Assembly (NCBI GenBank): GCA_947259765.1
Contig: CAMYNG010000019.1
Location: forward strand, 10,892-74,891
Source of the DNA: an uncultured Ectothiorhodospiraceae bacterium
Lineage (GTDB): Bacteria > Pseudomonadota > Gammaproteobacteria > CAMYNG01
Length of the DNA stretch: 64,000 nt
Reading direction: 5' to 3'
A program made the translations under genes and the position numbers. Of this stretch, positions 19,741 through 30,099 are shown piece by piece; within the stretch, counting starts at the first letter, position 1; every line of letters starts with the position of its first letter. The notes under the pieces are model-generated. The model made no database searches and had not been told where the DNA came from. It worked only from the letters and a program-made list of their open reading frames with translations.

Positions 19741-21534
19741 ATGTGCGGAATTTGCGGCGAACTTCGATTCGATAACGGTGTACCGGAAAAGGGTCGTACT
19801 GATCGAATGCTCGCGCAGCTGGCGCGACGCGGGCCCGACAATGAAGGCCAGTGGGCGAGTGGTCCTTTACGCCTGGGCCACCGGCGTCTGGCGGTAATCG
19901 ATCTATCGGAACATTCCAATCAACCCATGGTCGATTCGGAGCTGGGCCTGGTGCTCGTATTCAACGGCGCCATATATAACTATCCGGATCTGCGCCATGA
20001 GCTGATTCAGGCCGGCTATCAGTTTTTCAGCGATGGTGATACGGAAGTCATTCTCAAGGCCTATCATAAATGGGGCGAACGTTGTGTCGAGTATTTGCAC
20101 GGTATGTTTGCCTTTGCCATTTGGGACCAACGGCGAAAGGAATTGTTCGTGGCGCGCGACCGAATGGGTATCAAGCCGCTTTATTTTGCCCGTGATACGG
20201 ATTCGATTCGTTTTGCTTCCAACACCCAGGCGCTGTTGGCGGGCGGCGGTATTGATACCGGTATCGATGCAGTGGGCCTGCACCATCAGTTTACTTTGCA
20301 TGCCGTTGTTCCGGCGCCAAGGACAATTTTGAAAGGCATTCGCAAGCTACCGCCGGCAAGCTGGCTGCGCATTGACGCCAACGGAAATGAGCAAACGGGA
20401 AACTACTGGCACATTAATGCGACACGCTCGAAAACGACACTGAGTGAAGCGGAATGGACCGATGCAGTACACGATGCCCTGCGTGAGGCGGTGCGTTTGC
20501 GCCTGGATATCGCCGATGTAAAAGTCGGCGTATTGTTGTCCGGCGGTCTTGATTCAAGTCTGCTGGTAGCATTATTGGCCGAGGCCGGCGTGAAAGATCT
20601 ACTAACGTTTTCCATCGGCTTCGAAGATATCGGTGAGGAGAAAGGTAGTGAGTTTGAGTATTCCGATCAGGTCGTAGAGCGTTACCAGACCCGGCATCAC
20701 AAGATACACATCCCCAACAGTGAAGTGCTCAATCGTCTTCCCGAGGCAGTGGACGCCATGGCCGAGCCGATGTTTGGTCAGGATGCGGTGGCGTTTTATT
20801 TGTTATCCGAGCAGGTTTCCAGTCAGGTTAAGGTGGTGCAAAGTGGGCAGGGTGCCGACGAGGTGTTTGCCGGCTATTTCTGGTATCCGCAAATGCACCG
20901 GGATAATGACACCGATCCGGCACGGCGTTTTGCACGTTACTATTTTGACCGTGATCATGACGAGTTTCTCGGCACCGTAATGCCGACCTATCATGGCGAG
21001 GACTATTCATCGTCACTTGCGGCGACGGAGCTCACCCGGCCGGACGCAGACGAGTATATCGATCAGGTACTGCGTTTCGATGTGAGCACGCTAATTGTCG
21101 ACGATCCGGTTAAACGGGTGGACAACATGACCATGGCCTGGGGCCTCGAAGCACGGGTACCGTTCCTGGATCACAAGCTGGTGGAGCTGGCAGCGCAGAT
21201 ACCGCCTGAGTTGAAACTGGGCTCGGAGGGAAAGCATATTCTCAAGGCGATTGGCAGGCAGGTCCTGCCCAAGTCTGTGGTCGATCGGCCAAAGGGTTAC
21301 TTTCCCATGCCGGCACTAAAATACGTCCGCGGGGAGTTTCTTGGTTTTATGCGTGACATTCTCGATTCAAAGGCCTGTCGGGAGCGGGGTCTTTATCAGC
21401 GAGCTTATGTTGATAAGCTGCTTGCGACGCCCTCGGCGGAGGCGCACTTTACCCGCTTGCAGGGCAGTAAATTGTGGCATCTGGCGTTGTTGGAGTATTG
21501 GTTGCAACGGCACGTGGATGGGCTTAGCAGGTGA
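19741..21534 (+). CDS. asparagine synthase (glutamine-hydrolysing) family amidotransferase
   Basis: N-terminal nucleophile MCGI, a GATase-II domain, and PP-loop LLSGGLDSS. 597 aa. Confidence 0.85.
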   Translation: MCGICGELRFDNGVPEKGRTDRMLAQLARRGPDNEGQWASGPLRLGHRRLAVIDLSEHSNQPMVDSELGLVLVFNGAIYNYPDLRHELIQAGYQFFSDGDTEVILKAYHKWGERCVEYLHGMFAFAIWDQRRKELFVARDRMGIKPLYFARDTDSIRFASNTQALLAGGGIDTGIDAVGLHHQFTLHAVVPAPRTILKGIRKLPPASWLRIDANGNEQTGNYWHINATRSKTTLSEAEWTDAVHDALREAVRLRLDIADVKVGVLLSGGLDSSLLVALLAEAGVKDLLTFSIGFEDIGEEKGSEFEYSDQVVERYQTRHHKIHIPNSEVLNRLPEAVDAMAEPMFGQDAVAFYLLSEQVSSQVKVVQSGQGADEVFAGYFWYPQMHRDNDTDPARRFARYYFDRDHDEFLGTVMPTYHGEDYSSSLAATELTRPDADEYIDQVLRFDVSTLIVDDPVKRVDNMTMAWGLEARVPFLDHKLVELAAQIPPELKLGSEGKHILKAIGRQVLPKSVVDRPKGYFPMPALKYVRGEFLGFMRDILDSKACRERGLYQRAYVDKLLATPSAEAHFTRLQGSKLWHLALLEYWLQRHVDGLSR

Positions 21535-21715
21535 TTCAGGGAGTGGTGCGGGGTTGGCCCCGGCAACTGTCTGTTTTATCCCACACAATTACCGACTATT
21601 TTACTGGGTAATTTTTCGTTATACTGCTTGAAATTCCGGGTCTCGGGCCCAATTCAGTCCATAGCGGATTTTTGATTTCTTTATGAGTAAACACTCTTAG
21701 ACCTAAGGTGAAATT

Positions 21716-22042
21716 ATGGATGTAATGGATAGAATTAAAGAACAGGTGGAGAAAAACCCGGTAGTGATCTTTATGAAAGGCACACCGTCTCTTCCTCAAT
21801 GCGGATTTTCCAGCCGCACCGCACAGGCACTACAGTCTTGTGGTGAGGATTTTGGCTACGTTAACGTACTTGCCGATCCGGAAATTTTTGAAAACCTGCC
21901 GCGTTTCGCCAACTGGCCGACCTTCCCCCAAGTGTACATAAATGGAGAATTGATCGGCGGGTGCGACATCACCCTGGAAATGTATCAAAAGGGTGATCTG
22001 CAGAAGTTGGTTAAAGAGGCCGCGGCCAGAAAAGCGTCCTGA
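21716..22042 (+). CDS. grxD: Grx4-family monothiol glutaredoxin
   Basis: VVIFMKGTPSLPQCGFS active site and WPTFPQVYINGELIGGCDI. 108 aa. Confidence 0.9.
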   Translation: MDVMDRIKEQVEKNPVVIFMKGTPSLPQCGFSSRTAQALQSCGEDFGYVNVLADPEIFENLPRFANWPTFPQVYINGELIGGCDITLEMYQKGDLQKLVKEAAARKAS

Positions 22043-22069
22043 TTACTTCCCCTCGATGTTGTTCCTATG

Positions 22070-22095
22070 ACCCGGGTCTAGCCCGGGTTTTTTTT
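22070..22095 (+). terminator. rho-independent terminator after grxD
   Basis: ACCCGGG-tctag-CCCGGGT stem followed by T8. Confidence 0.75.
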
Positions 22096-22158
22096 GCTTT
22101 AAGAAATAAAGATGACCCCGTGGTTATTCTTTTGACAACAACCTCCGACCGCCTACCT

Positions 22159-22788
22159 TTACTGATCCGGTCGGCCGATTTGCTGATCCCATTTGTTAAT
22201 AATGGCGCAAAATAAATCCGCCGTGCGTTCCGCATCGTAAATTGCAGAATGCGCGCTGGACTCATCCCAGTTAATGCCGGCGGCCTGGGCAATGCGGGCC
22301 AACACGGTTTGGCCAAAGGCCAGGCCTCCAAGCGTTGCGGTATCAAATGTGCTGAACGAGTGGAACGGGTTTTTTTTTATCTTGTTCCGATCAACTGCGG
22401 CCTTTAGAAAACCCAAGTCAAAAAACGGATTGTGACCCACGAGGATTGCTCGGTTGCAGCCGGTCTGCTTGAGCAATTTAAAGATCGGTGTAAATACATG
22501 CTGCAGCGCTTCGCATTCCGGCTTAGCCATACGAAAGGGGTGATGCGGATCGATGCCGGTGAATTCTAATGCGCGTGGATCCAGATTTGCGCCCGGAAAC
22601 GGTTCCACGTGGCAGGCGATGGTGTCTCCACAAACAAGGCCGCCAGTTGCGTCACCAATGACGGGCACAGCGGCGATTTCAAGCAAGGCGTCGGTTTCCG
22701 CGTTAAACCCCGCCGTTTCCACGTCAACCACCACGGGCAGGAATCCACGAAACCGCGAAGCGATGCTGTTTTCGTCGGGCGAGGGCAT
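22159..22788 (-). CDS. rnt: ribonuclease T
   Basis: DEDD exonuclease motifs: [36 protein letters not shown]. The start is taken at MPSPDEN (22788). Confidence 0.85.
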   Translation of the reverse strand: MPSPDENSIASRFRGFLPVVVDVETAGFNAETDALLEIAAVPVIGDATGGLVCGDTIACHVEPFPGANLDPRALEFTGIDPHHPFRMAKPECEALQHVFTPIFKLLKQTGCNRAILVGHNPFFDLGFLKAAVDRNKIKKNPFHSFSTFDTATLGGLAFGQTVLARIAQAAGINWDESSAHSAIYDAERTADLFCAIINKWDQQIGRPDQ

Positions 22789-22913
22789 CCGGGGAGAATA
22801 ACCAATGGCTGGGGAAAAAGCGATTCGCGCAGCGTCCACTCTGTGCTATTGATCTATGTTTGGTTTAAGACAGTAATTCCCCGTCAATTTCCGAAACGAA
22901 GAGTACTTAAAAA

Positions 22914-23828
22914 ATGCAAAGCCCTGCGCGCACACGTTTGTTGTTTTTAGCTGCTGTTACGTTACTTGTTGTTGGATTGGCTGCAGGATTTATGTACAAG
23001 CAGTGGGATGCCGCTTTTTCGTTTCACCCGCGGCAAACCGGTGTCCTTTGGCGAATCGACTCGGATCAAGGTGTACCGAGTTATCTTTTTGGCACGATCC
23101 ATTCCGATGATGAGCGCATTCTTCGTTTGCCGGATTCAGTGTTACGCCAGTTTCAACAAGCCCGCAGTTTCACCGGGGAAGTGCTCATGGATGAAAAGTC
23201 GATGATCAGTTTTGCGGAATATATGTTCTTTCGCGACGGCACCACACTTGAGTCAGTTATAGGTGCTGAAATGTATGCTCAGGTGGTGAGTATTTTTTCC
23301 GAAAAAGGGCTGGATCAACGCGTACTTCAGTTCGCTAAACCGTGGACTGTGGTGCTGACGCTAAGTGTTCCTGTGAAGGGTTCAGGAGAATTTCTGGATC
23401 AGCTTCTGTTTCGCACAGCGCACCTGGCCGATAAGGCGGTTTTTGGACTGGAAACTGCCGGTGAACAGGCAAAGTATTTCGACGAGCTGCCGTTGGATGT
23501 GCAAACAACTATGTTGCGAGATACGCTGCAAAATTATGACGCCTTTCCGCGCTTTTACGAAGAACTGGTGCATGCTTATTTACAGCGCGATCTGAATGCG
23601 CTGGAGCGACTGTCTGCACGGCAAATGCAACAAGGTGATCCCCGGGTTGCAGAGCTCTTTAACGAGCGTTTCATTGTTGAGCGAAACCATTTGATGTTGA
23701 AACGTATGCAGTCGCGGCTCGAAGAGGGCGGCGCATTCATTGCTGTGGGGGCACTGCACTTGCCGGGCGAGCACGGCCTGTTGCGTTTGCTGGAAAACAG
23801 CGGCTATCGTGTGACCAGCGTATATTGA
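22914..23828 (+). CDS. TraB/GumN family protein (secreted or membrane-anchored)
   Basis: N-terminal hydrophobic segment, GTIHSDDERIL near the N-terminus, and AVGALHLPGEHGLL near the C-terminus. Confidence 0.7.
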   Translation: MQSPARTRLLFLAAVTLLVVGLAAGFMYKQWDAAFSFHPRQTGVLWRIDSDQGVPSYLFGTIHSDDERILRLPDSVLRQFQQARSFTGEVLMDEKSMISFAEYMFFRDGTTLESVIGAEMYAQVVSIFSEKGLDQRVLQFAKPWTVVLTLSVPVKGSGEFLDQLLFRTAHLADKAVFGLETAGEQAKYFDELPLDVQTTMLRDTLQNYDAFPRFYEELVHAYLQRDLNALERLSARQMQQGDPRVAELFNERFIVERNHLMLKRMQSRLEEGGAFIAVGALHLPGEHGLLRLLENSGYRVTSVY

Positions 23829-23890
23829 CGGCTTGCCACTTGGAAAATCAAAAATCACTTGCGACCGGAGTTAGCGGTATTTTTTCTTGT

Positions 23891-24985
23891 TTAGTCGGCG
23901 TCAATTGACCAGGCAATGGACTCGCCGGCACGCAATGGAACGAGATTGCTATCACCAAAGTTGAGGTGCTCGGGGACAGACATTGGATTTTTTACCAGGC
24001 AAACGGTTGCGGTGTTACGGGGCAGGCCGTAGAAATCCGCGCCGTGGAAACTGGCGAAGCCTTCCAACTTATCCAATGCGCCTGCGGCGTCAAATGCCTC
24101 GGCATAAAGTTGTAACGCGGCGTGTGCCGTATAGATCCCCGCACAACCACAGGCGCTTTCTTTTCTGTTCACAGCATGGGGTGCACTATCGGTGCCGAGA
24201 AAGAACTTTGACTCACCGCAGGTGGCCGCGGCGATCAATGCCTGGCGGTGCTGCTCCCGTTTGAGTACCGGCAGGCAGTAATAGTGCGGGCGAAGGCCGC
24301 CCTTGAACATCGCGTTACGGTTATATAGAAGGTGGTGAGCGGTAATGGTGGCGGCGACATTGGCGCCGGCTTCGCGGACGAATTCCACCGCGGCCTTGGT
24401 GGTGATGTGCTCAAACACCACTTTAAGATCGGGCAAGCGATCCAGCAAAGGCCGTAGCACGCGCTCGATGAAGACGGTTTCGCGATCAAAAACATCCACC
24501 GCCGGGTCGGTCACCTCGCCGTGCACCAGCAATGGCATTTTTAATTCCTGCATGGCTGCCAGAGTGGCATCACAGTGTGCGAGATCGGTGACTCCGGATT
24601 CGGCGTTGGTCGTGGCACCTGCGGGGTATAGCTTGACCGCGTGTACGAAGTCACTCTGCCGTGCGGCAGCGATTTCTTCCGGCGGAGTGTTATCGGTGAG
24701 ATACAAGGTCATCAAGGGCTCAAAGGCACGCTCTACCGGAACAGCCTGCAATATTCGTTGCCGGTATTCACCGGCCTGCCGGGTGGTCGTGATCGGCGGC
24801 GCAAGATTGGGCATGACAATAGCCCGGGCAAAACTGCGTGCGGTGTCGGGTACGAGGTACTGGAGGGCGGAGCCGTCCCGCAGGTGCAGGTGCCAGTCAT
24901 CGGGTCTAATCAGGGTGAGGCGTCGCAATTGAGAAAATTCCTTCGGAGAGTGTGTCAGCGCTGAGACTATTATGCCATGCGCCAT
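23891..24985 (-). CDS. pyrC: dihydroorotase (homodimeric type)
   Basis: [13 protein letters not shown] metal site, VMPNL, and FLGTDSAPH. The actual start may be downstream of the ORF-track ATG. Confidence 0.85.
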   Translation of the reverse strand: MAHGIIVSALTHSPKEFSQLRRLTLIRPDDWHLHLRDGSALQYLVPDTARSFARAIVMPNLAPPITTTRQAGEYRQRILQAVPVERAFEPLMTLYLTDNTPPEEIAAARQSDFVHAVKLYPAGATTNAESGVTDLAHCDATLAAMQELKMPLLVHGEVTDPAVDVFDRETVFIERVLRPLLDRLPDLKVVFEHITTKAAVEFVREAGANVAATITAHHLLYNRNAMFKGGLRPHYYCLPVLKREQHRQALIAAATCGESKFFLGTDSAPHAVNRKESACGCAGIYTAHAALQLYAEAFDAAGALDKLEGFASFHGADFYGLPRNTATVCLVKNPMSVPEHLNFGDSNLVPLRAGESIAWSIDAD

Positions 24986-25082
24986 GAATTTTCGGGGTCT
25001 GGGTCACACAACTCCTGCATTGTGGGTCACAATTCCCAAAATGTCACTCGCCGGGCCGCGTGTGATTGTCTAGTATTGAGTC

Positions 25083-25580
25083 ATGAGTTTGAACCACCGC
25101 CACGACATCGCCCAATTGACCGAACAAATGCGGCCTGCATCAATTCTTGTGCTCGGTAACGACTGCGATATTTTCAAACACTACCTCAACGTGCACCCGA
25201 TTGGGCGCCTGGTGTGTGTCAGCCACGGTGATTACCTGTCCAGCGTGCAGGCACTCGGCCGGGTTGATTTAGCGTATTTGTCCGGGGTCATAGAGAACAT
25301 GGATAAACACGCGGCGAGTGTGTTGTTATCTCGGCTGCGCGACGTCTATGCGCAACGCGTGGTGGTGACGGCTCGTTTAGGCCAGTGCGATGCGCAGCGC
25401 AGCCAATGGACGAGTCAGGAGTTATTGGCGTTTGGTATGACACGTATCGGCCGCTATCCGAACAGTGACGCTGAGATTCAAGTTTTTACCTTCGATTTAC
25501 ATAATTACAAACCCACGCCGGACTGGCTCAATAGCCGAGACTGGGCTCACCCCGAGCTTTATGACAAGCACTGGTGGTGA
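25083..25580 (+). CDS. conserved hypothetical protein
   Basis: 165-aa ORF with native-looking composition, lying divergent from pyrC. I see no diagnostic motif. Confidence 0.45.
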   Translation: MSLNHRHDIAQLTEQMRPASILVLGNDCDIFKHYLNVHPIGRLVCVSHGDYLSSVQALGRVDLAYLSGVIENMDKHAASVLLSRLRDVYAQRVVVTARLGQCDAQRSQWTSQELLAFGMTRIGRYPNSDAEIQVFTFDLHNYKPTPDWLNSRDWAHPELYDKHWW

Positions 25581-25951
25581 GTTTTGCCCCCCACTTCCTC
25601 GTTCTACTCGTTTAGATCCTGCTGTTCCCTATAGTTGTCGCAACCTTCCAGTAGTCCGTCGAGAGGCCGGGTACTCGTCCCCTCTGGTCGTTCTTAGGGT
25701 GTTCATGTTCATTTTTCCGTTGCGCCTTCCAGGCGGTGGTTATTCGCTATAAGTAAAAACCGTAGCCATCTTGCATCTGTATAGAAGTTCAAAATTTTCT
25801 ATACAAACTATGTGTATTTACTGCCGCCGTCACAATATTGGGCAGCCAGCTTGCAACCACCGGACTGTGCGTAGCTCGCTTTATTGGGCTAAAAGTTAAG
25901 CTGCCGGCATGGTTAACCGATAGATATAAAAATTGAGCGGCTTTTCACCTC

Positions 25952-28900
25952 GTGAAACTTAGACCGAAATTCGTCATTTATTTACTGCTAATCGCAAGTA
26001 TCCCACTTTCCCTGGCGATGGTGGTTGCGCTGTGGCAAAGCGTAAATCAAACGCGAGTGCTGACGCTGGATATTGTTCAGGGATATCTGGATTCCGGGGC
26101 CGAACATCTATCCGGTTTTTTTGACAGTCGAAAAGCAGAAATTGCCGCTTATGCCCAAATTCCCTTGTTACGTGGAATGAACTTTGAGGAAATTCGACCA
26201 TTCCTCGTATCCGAACTGGCACGACACGATGGAATATACGAAAAATTTATTCTTGGAACGCCGGCAGGCCATTTCTATAACACCTCCGGTGGCAATCCTG
26301 CGCGCAAGGGTCTACGCACCTTCGATGATGGAGATCCGAACTCAAAACCAAAGACGATTGCCAAGCGTGATTACTGGAAAAACACGGTTGGCAACAACAC
26401 GAAAAATCTAAATCGTTTGTTTGTCTCCGACCCGATGATTTCGTATACGACGGGAGCGAAGCAAATTGTGGTTGCCGCAACTATTAATTCAAACGACCGG
26501 CAGGTTGTTGGCATGATAGGCGGCGCGTTACCGTGGAATAATTTCCAGAAACAAATTAATCAAATCTTTAGCAAGATAATTAAAAATCAGGACTGGGATT
26601 CACGCTTTTTTCTGGTTACCAGTAATGGTGTTTATTGGTATCACTGGGATCCTTCTTTCGTCGTGCACCTGGCAAAAAACGCTGATGGCGAGGTAAAGTT
26701 AAATGAGATTGGTGAAAAAATAGCGTCCGTAAGAAAAATCACAGACGACGCAATACCCGCGATCGCTCAAGCGGGAGAAGAAATGATTGCGGGAAGGAGA
26801 GGTTATAGACTATTTCTTGATCCCGACACGAAGGAAGAATTGTTTTTGGTTTACGCACCGATTCGATCGACAGGGTTCTCAGTCGGACTGGTCGTACCGA
26901 AATCGCAGATGATGGCGCCTGTATCACGCCTACAATACCTGTTTATTATTATCTCTCTCTGCGCTGCGGCCATTGTCGTTATCGGTGCATGGGCTCTGTC
27001 CAAAAGAATTGTTCGCCCCATAACTTCGTTAAACAATCTTGTACGTGCAACCGGTTGTGGTGATACGAAGGCAAACTTAATTCCCGAGGGGGACGACGAA
27101 GTTACTGAATTGACGCGCTCTTTTAACACATTGGTAAATTCAATCACCAGTCGCGAGAATTCAATTAACGAGTTGACCAACGAGCTTGAGCAAAGGGTCA
27201 TTATTCGCACCGAAGAACTTGAAAAGACAAATTGTAAGCTTAAAGAGGTCGAAGTTCGCCAGCGCGCTATTCTCGAATCCGTGGTTGATGCCTTAATCAC
27301 GATTAATGAAGGCGGGATAATTGAGACGGTAAATCCGGCCACTGTGAAGATGTTTGGCTATACCTCGGAGGAGATGGTTGGGTGCAACATTTCGATGTTA
27401 ATGCCGGAACCGTATTGTAGTGGACACGACGGTTATCTCGCTAACTATCTGGCTACAGGCCAGGCGAAGGTGATCGGTATCGGTCGAGAGGTCACCGCCC
27501 AGCGAAAAGACGGCAGCGTGTTTCCAATTGATTTGTCAATAAGCGAGATGAGAATTGGCAATATTAAGAAATTCGCGGGAATCGTGCGGGATATAAGCGA
27601 GCGCAAACAATCCGAGGAGTTGTTGCGGCGTGATTCCGACGCACTTAAGCGCCTCAATGAAATTGCTGCCGACCCGAATGAGAGTTTTGAAAAGAAACTA
27701 CATAGGCTTCTAAAGTTGGGCCTGCAGACGTTTAAGCTTGATCTTGGCATAATCAGTCGAGTAATTGAGGACGAGTACACAATTGAACACATCATTGGCC
27801 CCGACGCGGCGCCATCGAGCGGTACAAAATTCGAATTTGACCATACTTATTGCGCGCACACCTACGCCGCCAATGGTCCTGTTGCTTTTGACCATGCCGG
27901 CAAGAGCGCAATTCGTAATCATCCCTGCTATCAGAATTTTAAATTGGAATCATATATCGGTGCTCCCATCGTCGTGAATGGCGTGAGATATGGGACACTT
28001 AATTTTTCATCCAGACCTTTCTCCAATAGCGAGTTAACCCTGATTCAGCTTCTAGCTCAATGGATTGGAAACGAATTGTCGCGTTCGCGTTCCGAAAAGG
28101 AGTTAGGAAGATTTAAAACAACCCTCGATCTAACAATGGACTGTGTGTTTATGTTTGACCCGGGTAGCTTAAAGTTTTTTTACGTCAATCAGGGGGCCAT
28201 GAATCAAATTGGTTATTCGTACAACGAATTGCTTCATATGGCGCCCTATGACATTAAGCCTGAAATCAGCGAAGTAGAATTCAAAAAAATTATAAGTCCA
28301 TTGTTGTCCGGGGAAAAATCAGCACTGAATTTTGAGACCTTGCATCAACATAAAAATGGTAAACAGATACCAGTTGAAATTTTCTTGCAGTACATAAGCC
28401 CGCGAGGTGAACAACCGCGTTTTGTAGCTATTGTAAGAGATATCACGGAACGCCAGCAGGCAACGCGTCAGCTAAATGAAACAATCGAGGAGATGACGTT
28501 ACGAACTCGTGAGATAACACTGCTGAGTTCACTGGGTGATCTTTTACATTCTTGTCAGGATCTGAGTGAAGCTTATGACGTCGTTTCTCGATTCATGCCT
28601 ATGTTGCTTCCCCAGTTTTCCGGAGCTCTCTATCTTGCAATGGATTCAACTTCCACGTTCGAAAAGGTGGGTGCCTGGGGTGAACATCCACCGACCCAGG
28701 AGGGCTTTCCTGCAGACGAATGTGTGTCAGTACGTAGAGGACTGGCGTATCTAACGAAAGTGGACGAGTCCGCACTATTCTGTAAGCACTTGCCGAAACA
28801 GAAACCAGCTATTTCTTTATGTCTGCCGCTTTCCGCCCAGGGCGAGACCTTCGGCGTACTCCATTTTCAATCGTTGGCTGCAGGCGAAGATGTTTTTAAT

Positions 28901-29545
28901 GGGAAAGAAGGCGCCACCGATTCGCTTGTGGAGGATTTTGCGGCGACAGTCGCCAAGCAGGTTTCTATCGCGCTGGCCAGCCTTCGGCTTAAGGAGCAAC
29001 TTCGTTCTCAGTCTATTCGTGACCCTTTGACCGGTCTGTTTAACCGACGCTATATCGAAGAAACATTTGAGCGAGAAATTAGCCGGGCCGCACGCAACAA
29101 GGTTGCGTTGTCCATAATTATGATGGACATTGACTACTTCAAGAAAATTAATGACCAGCATGGCCATGAGGCCGGGGATGCAGTACTAAAAAACCTGGGG
29201 GCAATCCTGCGTAAGCACACGCGCACCGAAGATATCGCCTGTCGATATGGCGGCGAAGAGTTTGTTATTTGTTTACCGGGCGCCGATGCCGGCGTTGTTG
29301 TCGCACGAGCAGAGGAACTCCGCAAGAAAATGGAGCGGATTGTTTTTCATCATGACGGCGCGGAAATAGGCCATGTCACTACTTCCCTGGGTGTATCAGT
29401 ATATCCGGACCATGCGGATAATACGGCTGATCTGATCAAAGCGGCGGATAAAGCTCTTTATAAAGCGAAGCGAAGCGGGCGAAATCGGGTTGTCGTTGCG
29501 GAGGTCGTTGCTGCAGACAGCAGCAACGCTAAGCAGCACGGCTGA
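25952..29545 (+). CDS. multidomain sensor diguanylate cyclase (Cache-like periplasmic domain, TM, HAMP, PAS, GAF, PAS, GAF, GGDEF)
   Basis: Two TM segments bracket an extracytoplasmic domain of about 300 aa. PAS blocks (GIIETVNPATVKMFGY.., MFDPGSLKFFYVNQGAMNQIGY). C-terminal GGDEF domain DPLTGLFNRRY...RYGGEEFVI. GTG start. Confidence 0.85.
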   Translation: MKLRPKFVIYLLLIASIPLSLAMVVALWQSVNQTRVLTLDIVQGYLDSGAEHLSGFFDSRKAEIAAYAQIPLLRGMNFEEIRPFLVSELARHDGIYEKFILGTPAGHFYNTSGGNPARKGLRTFDDGDPNSKPKTIAKRDYWKNTVGNNTKNLNRLFVSDPMISYTTGAKQIVVAATINSNDRQVVGMIGGALPWNNFQKQINQIFSKIIKNQDWDSRFFLVTSNGVYWYHWDPSFVVHLAKNADGEVKLNEIGEKIASVRKITDDAIPAIAQAGEEMIAGRRGYRLFLDPDTKEELFLVYAPIRSTGFSVGLVVPKSQMMAPVSRLQYLFIIISLCAAAIVVIGAWALSKRIVRPITSLNNLVRATGCGDTKANLIPEGDDEVTELTRSFNTLVNSITSRENSINELTNELEQRVIIRTEELEKTNCKLKEVEVRQRAILESVVDALITINEGGIIETVNPATVKMFGYTSEEMVGCNISMLMPEPYCSGHDGYLANYLATGQAKVIGIGREVTAQRKDGSVFPIDLSISEMRIGNIKKFAGIVRDISERKQSEELLRRDSDALKRLNEIAADPNESFEKKLHRLLKLGLQTFKLDLGIISRVIEDEYTIEHIIGPDAAPSSGTKFEFDHTYCAHTYAANGPVAFDHAGKSAIRNHPCYQNFKLESYIGAPIVVNGVRYGTLNFSSRPFSNSELTLIQLLAQWIGNELSRSRSEKELGRFKTTLDLTMDCVFMFDPGSLKFFYVNQGAMNQIGYSYNELLHMAPYDIKPEISEVEFKKIISPLLSGEKSALNFETLHQHKNGKQIPVEIFLQYISPRGEQPRFVAIVRDITERQQATRQLNETIEEMTLRTREITLLSSLGDLLHSCQDLSEAYDVVSRFMPMLLPQFSGALYLAMDSTSTFEKVGAWGEHPPTQEGFPADECVSVRRGLAYLTKVDESALFCKHLPKQKPAISLCLPLSAQGETFGVLHFQSLAAGEDVFNGKEGATDSLVEDFAATVAKQVSIALASLRLKEQLRSQSIRDPLTGLFNRRYIEETFEREISRAARNKVALSIIMMDIDYFKKINDQHGHEAGDAVLKNLGAILRKHTRTEDIACRYGGEEFVICLPGADAGVVVARAEELRKKMERIVFHHDGAEIGHVTTSLGVSVYPDHADNTADLIKAADKALYKAKRSGRNRVVVAEVVAADSSNAKQHG

Positions 29546-29566
29546 GATTGGGCGTGCTCAGTCCCG

Positions 29567-30061
29567 CTAGCGGTTCTTCGGAAAATCATAAAACACCAAT
29601 TGTCCCAGGTGTGGTTCCAAATCACTCCAGGCTCCGATATCAAAATCAAGACACAGCACGCCACAAGTGGGCAGATTATCAATTGTTACGGTTTCACCCA
29701 GTAGATTACCCAGTTCGGTCAAACCGGGATTATGTGCCACCAGCATTACTTGTAAATCTGGCTCGGGCTGATTTCTTAATGTGCCAAGCAATTCATCGGT
29801 GCTTGCATTATAGAGTTTCGGTTCGAGCACAATGGCATTTTGCGAAAATTTCAGACCGTCAGCGAGTATGCGTGCCGTAGTCGCGGCGCGTATGGCAGGG
29901 CTTGCGACAATCCTGTCCGGCTGCACGTCGCGATGTGCAAGTCGTCGCGCCATCTCGGGCGCGTCTCTCTCTCCACGGGCGTTGAGCGGTCGATCGAAAT
30001 CAGCCAGCCCCGGGTGATCCCAACTGGATTTTGCGTGGCGTACCAGGGTGAGTCGTTTCAT
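29567..30061 (-). CDS. sixA: histidine phosphatase family protein (SixA-like phosphohistidine phosphatase)
   Basis: LTLVRHAKS catalytic RHA motif, with RPLNARGERDA and LVAHNPG. 164 aa. Confidence 0.7.
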   Translation of the reverse strand: MKRLTLVRHAKSSWDHPGLADFDRPLNARGERDAPEMARRLAHRDVQPDRIVASPAIRAATTARILADGLKFSQNAIVLEPKLYNASTDELLGTLRNQPEPDLQVMLVAHNPGLTELGNLLGETVTIDNLPTCGVLCLDFDIGAWSDLEPHLGQLVFYDFPKNR

Positions 30062-30099
30062 TGTAATTTTGCCGCGGAGTGCTTACGTAAAAAGTAAGG

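Noticed and set aside
25581-25760. Possible structured ncRNA in the long non-coding stretch after the 25083-25580 gene.
   Set aside because: I could not match it to any RNA family I know (6S, SRP, tmRNA, RNase P) and found no convincing extended pairing. I only note the CTCGT-type fragments elsewhere.
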